NCBI GenBank assembly: GCA_965249485.1
Contig: OZ252239.1
Span: 1,504,001-1,568,000, forward strand
Origin: a bacterium
GTDB lineage: Bacteria > SM23-31
Length of the DNA stretch: 64,000 bases
Direction: 5' to 3'
A program made the translations under genes and the position numbers. This document shows, one piece after another, positions 1-9,192 of the stretch. Numbering within the stretch: position 1 is the stretch's first letter; each line of letters begins with the position of its first letter. The notes below the pieces were generated by a model. It did no database searches and was not told the origin of the DNA. It saw only the letters and a program-made list of their open reading frames with translations.

Positions 1-95
1 TTCGCTTGTTTGCCCGGAGAAACTTCGGAATTCCGTCCCTTCCTTTGGACCTGCTGACTATGTACGGATTGTGCTATAGAGCTTACTTTTATCAT
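1..95 (-). CDS. 5' part of a gene running off the left edge (MIKVSSIAQSVHSQQVQRKGRNSEVSPGKQA...); probably sigma-28-dependent, possibly FlgM-like
   Basis: ATG at 95 preceded by AGGAGG RBS; frame open to window edge; sigma-28 promoter just upstream. Not in ORF track. Confidence 0.6.
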   Translation of the reverse strand, partial: MIKVSSIAQSVHSQQVQRKGRNSEVSPGKQA

Positions 96-119
96 TTAAA
101 TATTCCTCCTCCATTAATG

Positions 120-146
120 ATATCGGCAGGTAGGCGAAAAAACTTA
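120..146 (-). promoter_or_regulatory. sigma-28 (FliA) promoter
   Basis: Minus strand TAAG-N15-GCCGATAT versus consensus TAAA-N15-GCCGATAA, ahead of an RBS and ATG. Confidence 0.75.
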
Positions 147-591
147 ACGGTTTTTTGGAAATTTTTTATTAAAATTACTGCATTTTTTGCATTAAGTCAA
201 GTGTTTTTGTCGTCTATTTTGGTAAAAAATGTGTTGAATAATTCAACAATCACGATTTTTTCATACAGTTATTCTACAAAAATTACCGGCTAGCTACATG
301 AACATGTGTTATACTGTCTTTTCTTACAACAACGATGGGGAGCTGTTCGGATTCTACAAGCTCATATATATCATAATCGGCATAGCACATCCGCAGGTTC
401 AATACACAAATCAATAGATACCCGTTTTACAACGAAATCATCGGCATCGAGAAGCTTTTGCGGGTCAAAACGTGAAATGAAGGTGACAATATTCCCAAAA
501 ATACTGTCATGTACCCCGCATACGACAATGCAAGCATACTAGTTGGTTTTTTTGGTGAAGTAACGTACATGTTTGCCACAAAGTTTGTTTA

Positions 592-1980
592 CTACTGGTA
601 CGATTTTTTGGTTTTGTAAAATGCTAAGCGGTAAAAAATGAGCCAGAAAACGATCATCCCCGCTGTAAGAAAGAGAGTATTGACGGGACCTATTCCTGAC
701 GAATGAATTAAAGGAAGTGCAGCACCGGTAAAAAGACCCCCACCAAGGATCGGTTCATGAAAAAGCTGTTTGTATCCGAATGCTTCTAAAATACCGGTTT
801 CCGATTTCGGGTCGACAATGCGAAGCAGGATGAGTCCGGTTGCCGTCACACCCATAGACTGCCCGAAATCGGCGATGCTTCTTTCGAAAACCGAATCCCA
901 AAACAGGCAGGGAGCAAGATAGAGCACACACAAAACATTCCATCCGACTCCAAAAATCATAAGAAGTGTAAAGGGAATAATATCTGCCCATATAGCCTGT
1001 AATGATATAGTGGCAAGTGCCGATACAATCAGAAAATCAAGCGCTAATCCGTTCAATCTCATCATAAGGGCATGATCAAGCAGGTCGCGCTTGTCATATT
1101 TGTCGAATATTTTTTGTATTAAAACTCCTCCGAGCATGGCAAGCGGAAATAGAGGAAAACGCGCCATGATCTTCGGCATTCCAAGTGGAAGCAAATATGC
1201 GTTTTCGAACACAATGAGAAGTTGCAAGAATATATAACCAATAAAAATGGCGAGTCCCACGATCGCAAAATGGAATGCTAGTGGTTCGATGGAATCAACC
1301 GCCGTCGTCAACGACCCGGCAGTATCACGGCTACCTTTCTCAGGGAGTCCCTGTTTTACATGAACCGATAGGGTCTTCGGGTCCTGCAGCACCTGCGTCT
1401 GTCCTTTTCGCGATGCAATATTTATTAGAATCATCCCGATGACGACACCGAATAACACACCGACTGTTGCTGATCCGAGTGCAAGGTCCCTGCCTTCTTC
1501 CCAGCCCAATTCGGAAAAGGTATCCATCAGTCCCGCCGCTGTCCCGTGACCACCTTCGAACCCGATCGGAATTATCGCGGCAATCATCGGATTAACATTG
1601 AAGACAGGTACAAGCACTATGATGACAAGAAGCAGGCCGATTACATATTGTCCCCACCCGACTATCTGACCATATACGACCTGTACGCCACCGCGCTGCC
1701 AGATAGTTGACACACCCGGAATTTTATTGCCGAGAAATAGGGTCGCGAATACAATATTAATGAGAAAACCTGGGCTGCGAGCCCAGATTGACCTGACAGA
1801 CTCGAATGTTTCGGAATTATCGACACGAAGCAGCACCTGGACGGCAATCAGTCCGATCATTCCTCCTATAACGGACGAGGGGAGAAAAATTTTCTGAAAT
1901 AAGCCGACATTTACTCGCAGATATTTACCGATTAATAGCAGTATGCTTAATCCCGAAAGTGCATATACAATGACGGCCAT
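592..1980 (-). CDS. gltS: sodium/glutamate symporter (GltS/ESS family)
   Basis: Polytopic membrane protein with GFEGGHGTAAG and GQSMGVTATG motifs. Confidence 0.85.
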   Translation of the reverse strand: MAVIVYALSGLSILLLIGKYLRVNVGLFQKIFLPSSVIGGMIGLIAVQVLLRVDNSETFESVRSIWARSPGFLINIVFATLFLGNKIPGVSTIWQRGGVQVVYGQIVGWGQYVIGLLLVIIVLVPVFNVNPMIAAIIPIGFEGGHGTAAGLMDTFSELGWEEGRDLALGSATVGVLFGVVIGMILINIASRKGQTQVLQDPKTLSVHVKQGLPEKGSRDTAGSLTTAVDSIEPLAFHFAIVGLAIFIGYIFLQLLIVFENAYLLPLGMPKIMARFPLFPLAMLGGVLIQKIFDKYDKRDLLDHALMMRLNGLALDFLIVSALATISLQAIWADIIPFTLLMIFGVGWNVLCVLYLAPCLFWDSVFERSIADFGQSMGVTATGLILLRIVDPKSETGILEAFGYKQLFHEPILGGGLFTGAALPLIHSSGIGPVNTLFLTAGMIVFWLIFYRLAFYKTKKSYQ

Positions 1981-2083
1981 AGACTTCTCTCAATCTATAT
2001 TTTATTGTAGTCGAGTTAAAATGGAATGTCTCATTTAATTTCGATTATATATTTTTGTTGTAAGAGTTTATCACAAAAGAACA

Positions 2084-3358
2084 TTAACGTTCGGTTTTTG
2101 GCACTGCCTCATGCAGATCGTTTCCGGTCAGCTTTTCCGAATGCGATACGTACACCGCACAGACAGCATCACCGGTAATATTCAGCGTTGTTCGGAACAT
2201 ATCGATGATTCTGTCGACTCCGAGAACGAGCGCGATCATTTCGAGCGGAATATTGAGCTGAGTCAAAACTACTGCCAGCATAATGATCGACGCCCCCGGC
2301 ACACCGGCTGTCCCGACTGCTGCAAGTGTCGCAATTACAACAATTGATACCTGTGTAGCGAACGTCACCTTTATTCCCATTACAGTAGCTATAAACAGTG
2401 CAGCAACTCCCTGATAGAGTGATGTCCCATTCATATTTATTGTTGCACCAAGCGGCAGGACAAAACTGCATATATTTTTCGGAACATTGAGGTTGTCTTC
2501 ACAGCACTCCATATTGACCGGCAGAGTCGCTCCCGACGATGTGGTCGAAAATGCAATGAGCTGTGCCGGCTTGATCCCTTTAAAGAAAAATGAAACTTTC
2601 ATCTTTGTGAGCAATCTAAGTGCAAGAGGATAGATCGTGAACAAGTGTATGAGAAAACCGGCAATGGTAATGACAGTAAATGCACTGAGTGAAATTAATA
2701 AATCGTAGCCGAATTCACCGATAATGACTGCAATCAGCGCAAAAACTCCGATCGGAGCAACCTTCATAATAATCATGACCATCTTGATCATCGCATCATT
2801 GAGTCCGTTGAAAAACGCCAGGATCGGTTTCGACCGGTCCTCTGGCAGCAGTGTCAATGTCACACCGAGAAACATGGCAAAAAATATGATTTGGAGCATT
2901 GTTGCGTCGGTCAAAGCGCGCACAGGATTATTAGGAATAATGTTCACAAGTTGATCGGAAAAAGAAGGTGCTTCCAGCATTCGCTGTTCACCCTGCTGGG
3001 CCGTGATCTCATACCGTTCAAGGAGCAGCCTTTGTGTTTCGGCCGGAAGATCACTGCCGGGCTGAAAAATGTTTGCGAGTGTCAGGCCGATCACGCTCGA
3101 AATAATCGTTGTAATGAGAAAAAACAAAAGAGTTTTGCTGCCGATTCTGCCAAGCCGTTTCGGGTCACCGATACTCGCTGTGCCGACAAGCAATGATGCG
3201 AATACAAGCGGCACAACGATCATTGTGATCAACCGGATAAACGCCTGCCCGAAAGGGCGAACCCAGAGTATATCCTCCTTAAACAGAAACCCGGCAATAA
3301 TTCCCAGTGCCAGACCAATAAGAATTTGTGTCGGCAGATCAAGCTTGAATCGTTTCAC
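2084..3358 (-). CDS. dicarboxylate/amino acid:cation symporter (DAACS, GltP-like)
   Basis: AFSTTSSGATLP, LPLGATINMNGT and DRIIDMFRTTLNITGD motifs. Confidence 0.9.
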   Translation of the reverse strand: MKRFKLDLPTQILIGLALGIIAGFLFKEDILWVRPFGQAFIRLITMIVVPLVFASLLVGTASIGDPKRLGRIGSKTLLFFLITTIISSVIGLTLANIFQPGSDLPAETQRLLLERYEITAQQGEQRMLEAPSFSDQLVNIIPNNPVRALTDATMLQIIFFAMFLGVTLTLLPEDRSKPILAFFNGLNDAMIKMVMIIMKVAPIGVFALIAVIIGEFGYDLLISLSAFTVITIAGFLIHLFTIYPLALRLLTKMKVSFFFKGIKPAQLIAFSTTSSGATLPVNMECCEDNLNVPKNICSFVLPLGATINMNGTSLYQGVAALFIATVMGIKVTFATQVSIVVIATLAAVGTAGVPGASIIMLAVVLTQLNIPLEMIALVLGVDRIIDMFRTTLNITGDAVCAVYVSHSEKLTGNDLHEAVPKTER

Positions 3359-3783
3359 ATACTCTCCTTATTTGTAGGCAGACGACTCTTTTCAATGAAT
3401 AGGTTGAGCAAACTAATGAGATTCAAAAAAGTGTATTTTATTGTGAACAGACTAATAAATGTATTTTTATAATCATTGTCAAAATAAACTTTGTCTTTGT
3501 AAAGGGATAGTGTGAAAAAATTTAATTTATGTAATTAATGACTGTTAGATAAGAAATACATTCGTACTCATTATAGATATAAACTATATCACTGAAATTA
3601 ATTGCAAATATTGTAAAAGCGAGGAACTCGATTCGATGTATAAATGTTTCTAAGAATGAAACAATGAAAGTGCTTGCATTTAAAAATACTATTTAGTACA
3701 TTTTTAATTCTTAAAAGGTAAAATTGAATAGAAACAGTTTTCCGCAATTAGACACCTGAAAACTTTTTCGACTTTATTCAATT

Positions 3784-3885
3784 ATGTTCATAATACCTTA
3801 CATAACTGCTCCATGTTGTAGTAATAAACACCGTTGTGCCTGTTGTCCAAACAAGGTACGCAAAAAAATGCCTTTGTCAGTCTAA
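3784..3885 (+). CDS. putative cysteine-rich leader peptide, 33 aa (MFIIPYITAPCCSNKHRCACCPNKVRKKMPLSV)
   Basis: Five TGT codons (CC, C, CC) in a short ORF directly upstream of a terminator and the cysteine synthase gene. Confidence 0.8.
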   Translation: MFIIPYITAPCCSNKHRCACCPNKVRKKMPLSV

Positions 3886-3942
3886 ACAGAACGAATTTAA
3901 TTTTTAGAACCCTTTTGCTGACATGGCAAAAGGGTTTTTTTT
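3869..3942 (+). promoter_or_regulatory. attenuator: intrinsic terminator (3908-3942) plus competing antiterminator arm (3869-3881)
   Basis: Stem AACCCTTTTGC/GCAAAAGGGTT followed by T-run; TGCC-TT-TGTCAG pairs with CTGACA-T-GGCA (3918-3928) inside the terminator. Confidence 0.8.
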
Positions 3943-3953
3943 AAAGGAACGAA

Positions 3954-4880
3954 ATGAACATTCTAAATCTTATTGGAAATACGCCGGTTGTCGATCTCAG
4001 TTTTTTGAGTGATGATAAACCTGGAGTATCCCTTTATGCAAAGGCGGAGTGGATGAATCCAGGCGGTTCAATCAAGGACCGTCCTGTGAAACGGATGCTG
4101 ACACAGGCGATCAAAAACAGTGTTCTGACGTCTGATAAAACCATTATAGATTCCAGCAGCGGCAATGCCGGTATTGCCTACGCCATGATTGGCAATGCTC
4201 TGGGATATAAGGTTAGTATCGTCATCCCCGGGAATGCCAGTCAGGAAAGGAAACAGCGGATACAGTTTCACGGAGCGGAACTGATCGAAACCGACCCGAT
4301 TGAAGGATATGATGAAGCTGTCCGGACTGTTCACCGGGTGTATGAGGAAAATCCGGAAAAGTATTTTTTATGCGATCAGTATGCAAATGACGATAATTGG
4401 CTTGCTCATTATGAAGGCACTGCTGTTGAATTGCTGAGCCAAATCGATAAGCCAATTGACCACTTTGTGTGCGGTATCGGTACCGGGGGAACGATAACCG
4501 GAATCGGAAAGAGGCTCAAAGAGCTGAATAAAAAAATGACAATCTGGGCACTCAGACCGGAAGTCTGGCCGGGGATTGAAGGACTAAAACCGCTCGGTTC
4601 ACCGGAAGATATTATCCCAAAGATTTTTGACGAATCGCTGGTCGACGAGTGGATCGATATTACAGCTACTGAAGCGAAACAGTGGTGTCATATTATTGTA
4701 AAGCACGGATTTTTTGTCGGTCAGTCATCGGGTGCCTATCTGGCTGCTTGTGAAAAGGTCATTGGGCAGATTCAGACCGGAACAGTTGTCACATTATTAA
4801 AAGATCTTGGAGAGAGGTATTATAGTGCAGGATTATGGCGGGGGGAAGTCGAAAATTCGGTTGTCACAGAAACTTGTTGA
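3954..4880 (+). CDS. cysM: PLP-dependent cysteine synthase (CysM/CysK family)
   Basis: NPGGSIKDR (PLP lysine), SSGNAG, GIGTGGT motifs. Confidence 0.85.
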   Translation: MNILNLIGNTPVVDLSFLSDDKPGVSLYAKAEWMNPGGSIKDRPVKRMLTQAIKNSVLTSDKTIIDSSSGNAGIAYAMIGNALGYKVSIVIPGNASQERKQRIQFHGAELIETDPIEGYDEAVRTVHRVYEENPEKYFLCDQYANDDNWLAHYEGTAVELLSQIDKPIDHFVCGIGTGGTITGIGKRLKELNKKMTIWALRPEVWPGIEGLKPLGSPEDIIPKIFDESLVDEWIDITATEAKQWCHIIVKHGFFVGQSSGAYLAACEKVIGQIQTGTVVTLLKDLGERYYSAGLWRGEVENSVVTETC

Positions 4881-5271
4881 TCAATTCAATTCACAAGCAG
4901 TAGATGAGTTCCCACATGAGTGCTGCGGTTTTATTATAGGGAATGTAGATGGGAAGAAAGCGGAAGCACTCGAATATCTACCGGCAAAGAATAAAATGTC
5001 AGAAAACAGGGAGCGGCGGTTTGTTATCGATCCGGTGGAGTATATGGAAGTTGAGGAAAATGCCGATGAGCGGAACCTGTCTCTGATCGGAATTGTCCAC
5101 TCTCATCCGAATGCTCCGGCAGAGCCATCTGAATTTGACAGAACCCACGCATTTCCTGGTTTCAGTTACATTATTATTTCAGTATCCGGAGAAGAGATAA
5201 AAGCAGTCCGGTCATGGCGTCTGACCGAAGACAGAGAAAAGTTTTTTGAAGAAACTATTGACATAGAGTAG
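4825..5271 (+). CDS. JAMM/MPN+ (M67) metalloprotease, Mec-like sulfur-carrier peptidase
   Basis: PHECCG plus HSHPxxxxxPSxxD JAMM motif; GTG at 4825 has GAGG RBS (track start 4807). Confidence 0.9.
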   Translation: MQDYGGGKSKIRLSQKLVDQFNSQAVDEFPHECCGFIIGNVDGKKAEALEYLPAKNKMSENRERRFVIDPVEYMEVEENADERNLSLIGIVHSHPNAPAEPSEFDRTHAFPGFSYIIISVSGEEIKAVRSWRLTEDREKFFEETIDIE

Positions 5272-5372
5272 CAATACCATATATTATCGCATTAAGAAAA
5301 TTTTGCTTGAAGCATAATTCTGTTTGTGAGATCACTGAAGCATAGATGATGAGATATCAAGGAGGTATGTAA

Positions 5373-6788
5373 ATGCAATCCACGATTCATATTCCATCAC
5401 CGCTTAGACGGTTTACCGGGGGAATTGCTCGGATTGAGGTGAAAGGAAATGATGTTCAAACAGCATTAGATGACTTATTCTCAAATTATCCTGAAATTCA
5501 CCGCCACTTAATCGATGAAAAAGGTGGTGTGCGCAATTTTGTGAATATTTATATCGGAAGCGAAAACATCAGGGATAAAGAAGGTTTTGAAACTTCTTTG
5601 GATGCTGGTTCTGAAATCCGCATCATTCCGTCAATAGCGGGTGGGAGTGGTCCGACATTGAGTCCGAAGGAATTCAGGCGTTATAGCAGACACTACACAT
5701 TACCGGAAGTCGGCGTCGAAGGACAAAAAAAGCTTAAAGCTGCCAAAGCGCTGATTATCGGTCTCGGTGGTCTCGGATGTCCCGTTTCGCTCTATCTCAG
5801 CGCGGCGGGAGTCGGAACAATCGGTATGGTCGATTATGATGTTGTCGATGAAACGAATCTTCAGCGGCAGATAATTTATGGTGTCGAGCATGTAGGACAA
5901 TCAAAGCTGAAAGTAGCTCGTGAGCGATTGACCAGCCTCAATCCGCATCTTAACTATATTCTGCACGAAGAACCGCTATCGTCTCTGAATGCACTCGATA
6001 TTATCAAGAACTACGATGTGGTCATTGACGGAACTGATAACTTCCCGACACGCTATCTCGTCAATGATGCATGTGTCTTGCTCGGTAAACCCAATGTATA
6101 CGGCTCTATTTTCCGTTTTGATGGTCAGGCATCCGTGTTCAACTATGAAGACGGTCCCTGCTACCGGTGTCTCTATCCCGAACCACCACCTCCGGGTCTT
6201 GTCCCCTCATGCGCTGAAGGCGGCGTTCTTGGCGTTCTGCCCGGAATAATTGGATCAATTCAGGCAAATGAAGCAATGAAGATTATTATGGGTATCGGTG
6301 AGACGCTCAAAAACAGGTTTGTCTTATTTGATGCTCTGGCTATGTCATTCAACGAGCTAAAAATCCGGCGTGACGAGAACTGTGCTGTTTGCGGTAAAAA
6401 TCCGACTGTAACCGAGTTGATCGACTATACGGAGTTCTGCGGAATTCCATCAAAAGACGAGCTTGCGGAATCTAATGATATTACTGTAAGTGAGCTCAAA
6501 AATCGTCTTGACAGCAAGGATCCGGTGGACCTTCTCGATGTCCGGGAAGATTTTGAGCTTCAGATTGCTCAGATACCGGGCGCTATACATATACCTATGA
6601 ATGAAGTGCCGAAAAGGCTTGAAGAGTTGAGCAAGGACAATGAACTGGTTGTTATGTGCCGGACGGGAGTACGATCTTCGGATATCCGTGATTTTCTTAA
6701 AAATAACGATTTTAAAAATGTCAGAAACCTAACCGGTGGTATTAAAGCTTGGTCTGAAGAAATTGACCCGTCAGTACCAGTGTACTAA
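5373..6788 (+). CDS. fusion of MoaD/ThiS/CysO-like ubiquitin-fold sulfur carrier, MoeB/ThiF adenylyltransferase and rhodanese (MoeZ-like)
   Basis: aa 1-91 end IIPSIAGG; RYSRH, GLGGLG, CYRC and CAVC zinc motifs; rhodanese CRTGVRS. Confidence 0.9.
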   Translation: MQSTIHIPSPLRRFTGGIARIEVKGNDVQTALDDLFSNYPEIHRHLIDEKGGVRNFVNIYIGSENIRDKEGFETSLDAGSEIRIIPSIAGGSGPTLSPKEFRRYSRHYTLPEVGVEGQKKLKAAKALIIGLGGLGCPVSLYLSAAGVGTIGMVDYDVVDETNLQRQIIYGVEHVGQSKLKVARERLTSLNPHLNYILHEEPLSSLNALDIIKNYDVVIDGTDNFPTRYLVNDACVLLGKPNVYGSIFRFDGQASVFNYEDGPCYRCLYPEPPPPGLVPSCAEGGVLGVLPGIIGSIQANEAMKIIMGIGETLKNRFVLFDALAMSFNELKIRRDENCAVCGKNPTVTELIDYTEFCGIPSKDELAESNDITVSELKNRLDSKDPVDLLDVREDFELQIAQIPGAIHIPMNEVPKRLEELSKDNELVVMCRTGVRSSDIRDFLKNNDFKNVRNLTGGIKAWSEEIDPSVPVY

Positions 6789-6968
6789 CGGGATCTCACA
6801 TCGATCCATTATTTGAACTGTTTGAATTTTCGTATTGAATAGCTCAATCATACCATTCAACTTTTGGCCGGTTGTAAATTATAATAAATTAATTAACATC
6901 GCTAAACATGCGCTTGATGTCGCATCCGGCAGCATACGCATGGAAAATCGCTTTGAAAGGAGTACCAA

Positions 6969-7607
6969 ATGTCAATACATTTAGGAAGTATTGCCCCTGA
7001 TTTTAAACAGGAATCAACTGAGGGCACAATCAGCTTCCACGAGTGGCTCGGCGATTCCTGGGGAGTGCTGTTCTCTCATCCGGCAGATTACACACCTGTC
7101 TGTACGACTGAACTCGGGAGAGTTGCATCACTGAAGGATGAATTTGCCAAACGGAATGTGAAAGTCATCGGTCTTTCTGTCGATTCGCTTGATTCTCACA
7201 AAGGTTGGATCAATGATATTAATGAAACGCAGAATACAACGGTCAATTTTCCGCTTATTGCCGATTATGATAAAAAAGTAGCACATCTGTATGATATGCT
7301 CCACTCTGATGGGAGCGATTCAAAAACAGTGCGGTCGGTATTTGTTATCGATCCGAATAAAAAGGTCAGGCTGACCTTGACCTATCCGGCATCCACAGGG
7401 AGAAATTTTGATGAATTACTCCGTGTAATCGATTCGCTTCAGTTGACGGAGTATCATAAAGTTGCAACACCGGCCGACTGGAAAGATGGTGGAGATGTTG
7501 TTATCCTGCCCGATTTGAAGGATGAACAGGAGCTTAAAGAGCGGTTTCCGAAAGGGTACAAAGCAATAAAACCGTATCTGCGTCTAACACCACAGCCGAA
7601 TAAATAA
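6969..7607 (+). CDS. 1-Cys peroxiredoxin (Prx6 family)
   Basis: FSHPADYTPVCTTE motif. Confidence 0.95.
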   Translation: MSIHLGSIAPDFKQESTEGTISFHEWLGDSWGVLFSHPADYTPVCTTELGRVASLKDEFAKRNVKVIGLSVDSLDSHKGWINDINETQNTTVNFPLIADYDKKVAHLYDMLHSDGSDSKTVRSVFVIDPNKKVRLTLTYPASTGRNFDELLRVIDSLQLTEYHKVATPADWKDGGDVVILPDLKDEQELKERFPKGYKAIKPYLRLTPQPNK

Positions 7608-7625
7608 AACTCTCATTATGTAAAT

Positions 7626-7661
7626 AAAAAAAACGGGCACATAAACTAATGTGCCCGTTTT
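7626..7661. terminator. bidirectional intrinsic terminator
   Basis: AAAACGGGCACAT/ATGTGCCCGTTTT inverted repeat between convergent genes. Confidence 0.85.
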
Positions 7662-7687
7662 GATATTTTGATTGCAATTTTCTCCCG

Positions 7688-8425
7688 TTAATCCAAAACC
7701 TTAATCAATTCGACCTCAAAGATCAGAAAAGAATTTGGTGGTATTGTTCCACTATCTTTTGCTCCGTATCCCAATTCAGGAGAAACGAATAGCTGCCACT
7801 TTGATCCTTCTTTCATGAGTTGAAGGGCTTCTGTCCAGCCGGCAATAACGCCGCCAACAGCGAATTCTACAGGCTGACCGCGTTTATATGAACTATCAAA
7901 TTCTGTTCCGTCGATAAAAGTACCCTGATAATGAGTCTGGACTTTATTGTCACGAGTCGGACTTTTCCCTGTACCCTCCTGGAGCACTTTGTATTGCAAG
8001 CCGCTCGCAAGCGTTACTACACCCTCTTTGGAGGCGTTTTCTGCGAGAAATGCCTGAGCAGCCGCCAGGTTGCTTTGAGCATCTTCATTACCCTTTGCGG
8101 CCTTTTCCATAGCGAATCGTTGAATCATTGTTTGAGTGATTTGACCCATGTCCTCGCTCGTCATTTGAGCGTCATTTCCGTTAATTTGATCGATGATCGC
8201 CTGTTGGAATGGTTCCATATTCACCTCAAAACCGTTTTGTGTGAGCTGGGTCCCTACCTGAAATCCGAGTGCATAGCTGAACTTATCGAGATCGTTTTCA
8301 AGGTTGATCGCAACAGGTTCATCAGTATTTTCGGTTGAGCTGCAGGCTGCTGAAAATGTAAATAATATAATAAGCAGAAACACGATAGTCTTCTTATGCA
8401 TTACAACTCTTTTATTTACTAACAT
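7688..8425 (-). CDS. FKBP-type peptidyl-prolyl isomerase (FkpA/Mip-like lipoprotein)
   Basis: Lipobox FSAAC, SYALG N-domain, FDSSYKRG, VIAGWTEAL. Confidence 0.95.
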   Translation of the reverse strand: MLVNKRVVMHKKTIVFLLIILFTFSAACSSTENTDEPVAINLENDLDKFSYALGFQVGTQLTQNGFEVNMEPFQQAIIDQINGNDAQMTSEDMGQITQTMIQRFAMEKAAKGNEDAQSNLAAAQAFLAENASKEGVVTLASGLQYKVLQEGTGKSPTRDNKVQTHYQGTFIDGTEFDSSYKRGQPVEFAVGGVIAGWTEALQLMKEGSKWQLFVSPELGYGAKDSGTIPPNSFLIFEVELIKVLD

Positions 8426-8648
8426 TTACATGATACAGTTCATTTATGTTCAGGGTGCCAAATTAAGGAAATTCACAATATATTCCAAACTATTTATTCC
8501 TGTAAGGAACTATCATAATTTAAAGTATGTCTTAGTATAACCGGATTTATTGAATCCAATTTGTATTGTTTCTCGTTTATCAAGTCGTTATATTATCGCC
8601 GTACACATAGTTCGATAAGAATTGTTAAATAAAAAGGAAAACACAAAA

Positions 8649-9158
8649 ATGAGTAGTATAGATTTTAGTCATCTTCCTGACTATTCCAGAATATGGATAT
8701 TCGGAAGTATCAAACCGCTGAACAGCGATGACGTCCAAACTATTGAGCGTAGTATGGATGATTTTGTAAGAGAATGGATAGCACATAAGAAAGACGTACT
8801 CGGTAGTTGGACACTTGTGCATGACCGGTTTATCTGTATTGGTGCAGATGAGTCGGCAGTCGGTGTTTCGGGTTGCTCAATCGACAGTATGGTCGGGAAT
8901 CTCCGCACTCTTGAACAAAGAATCGATTCTGTTATTGCCGACTCCCATTCTTCGGTGTTTTTCCGCGATAATGAGGGTGCTATTCAAGCTGTATCGCGAC
9001 AGGAATTCAAAAATATGGCCGCAAAGAGTGTCGTCAGTGATGACACTATTGTATTCGATAATACCGTACAGACTGTCGGTGATTTTCGAAACGGTAAGTG
9101 GGAATTACAGGCAAAAAACTCTTGGCACGATACTTTAATGGGAGCGGCAGTTTCCTGA
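8649..9158 (+). CDS. conserved hypothetical protein
   Basis: Clean ORF with SRIWIF, W-x-AH and SGCSID motifs; ATG at 8649 preferred over track start 8622. Confidence 0.7.
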   Translation: MSSIDFSHLPDYSRIWIFGSIKPLNSDDVQTIERSMDDFVREWIAHKKDVLGSWTLVHDRFICIGADESAVGVSGCSIDSMVGNLRTLEQRIDSVIADSHSSVFFRDNEGAIQAVSRQEFKNMAAKSVVSDDTIVFDNTVQTVGDFRNGKWELQAKNSWHDTLMGAAVS

Positions 9159-9192
9159 TCATCTCCATGAAGACGGACGAAGCTGTCCTGCT

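Noticed and set aside
6..542. Track ORFs 6..293 and 306..542 (+)
   Set aside because: No RBS or recognisable motifs; the first overlaps a better supported minus-strand gene and its sigma-28 promoter.
3360..3953. SAM riboswitch or T-box upstream of cysteine synthase
   Set aside because: No SAM-I core or T-box AAGGTGGTACC-like motif seen; the leader-peptide attenuator explains the terminator.
3954..6788. Ubl/E1/JAMM genes as an anti-phage ubiquitin-like conjugation system
   Set aside because: No E2 or CD-NTase; linkage to cysteine synthase, a rhodanese domain and a Cys leader points to sulfur metabolism.
6907..6942. Small nested hairpin (CATGCG/CGCATG) upstream of the peroxiredoxin
   Set aside because: Short stems, no T-tract or known motif; could be chance.
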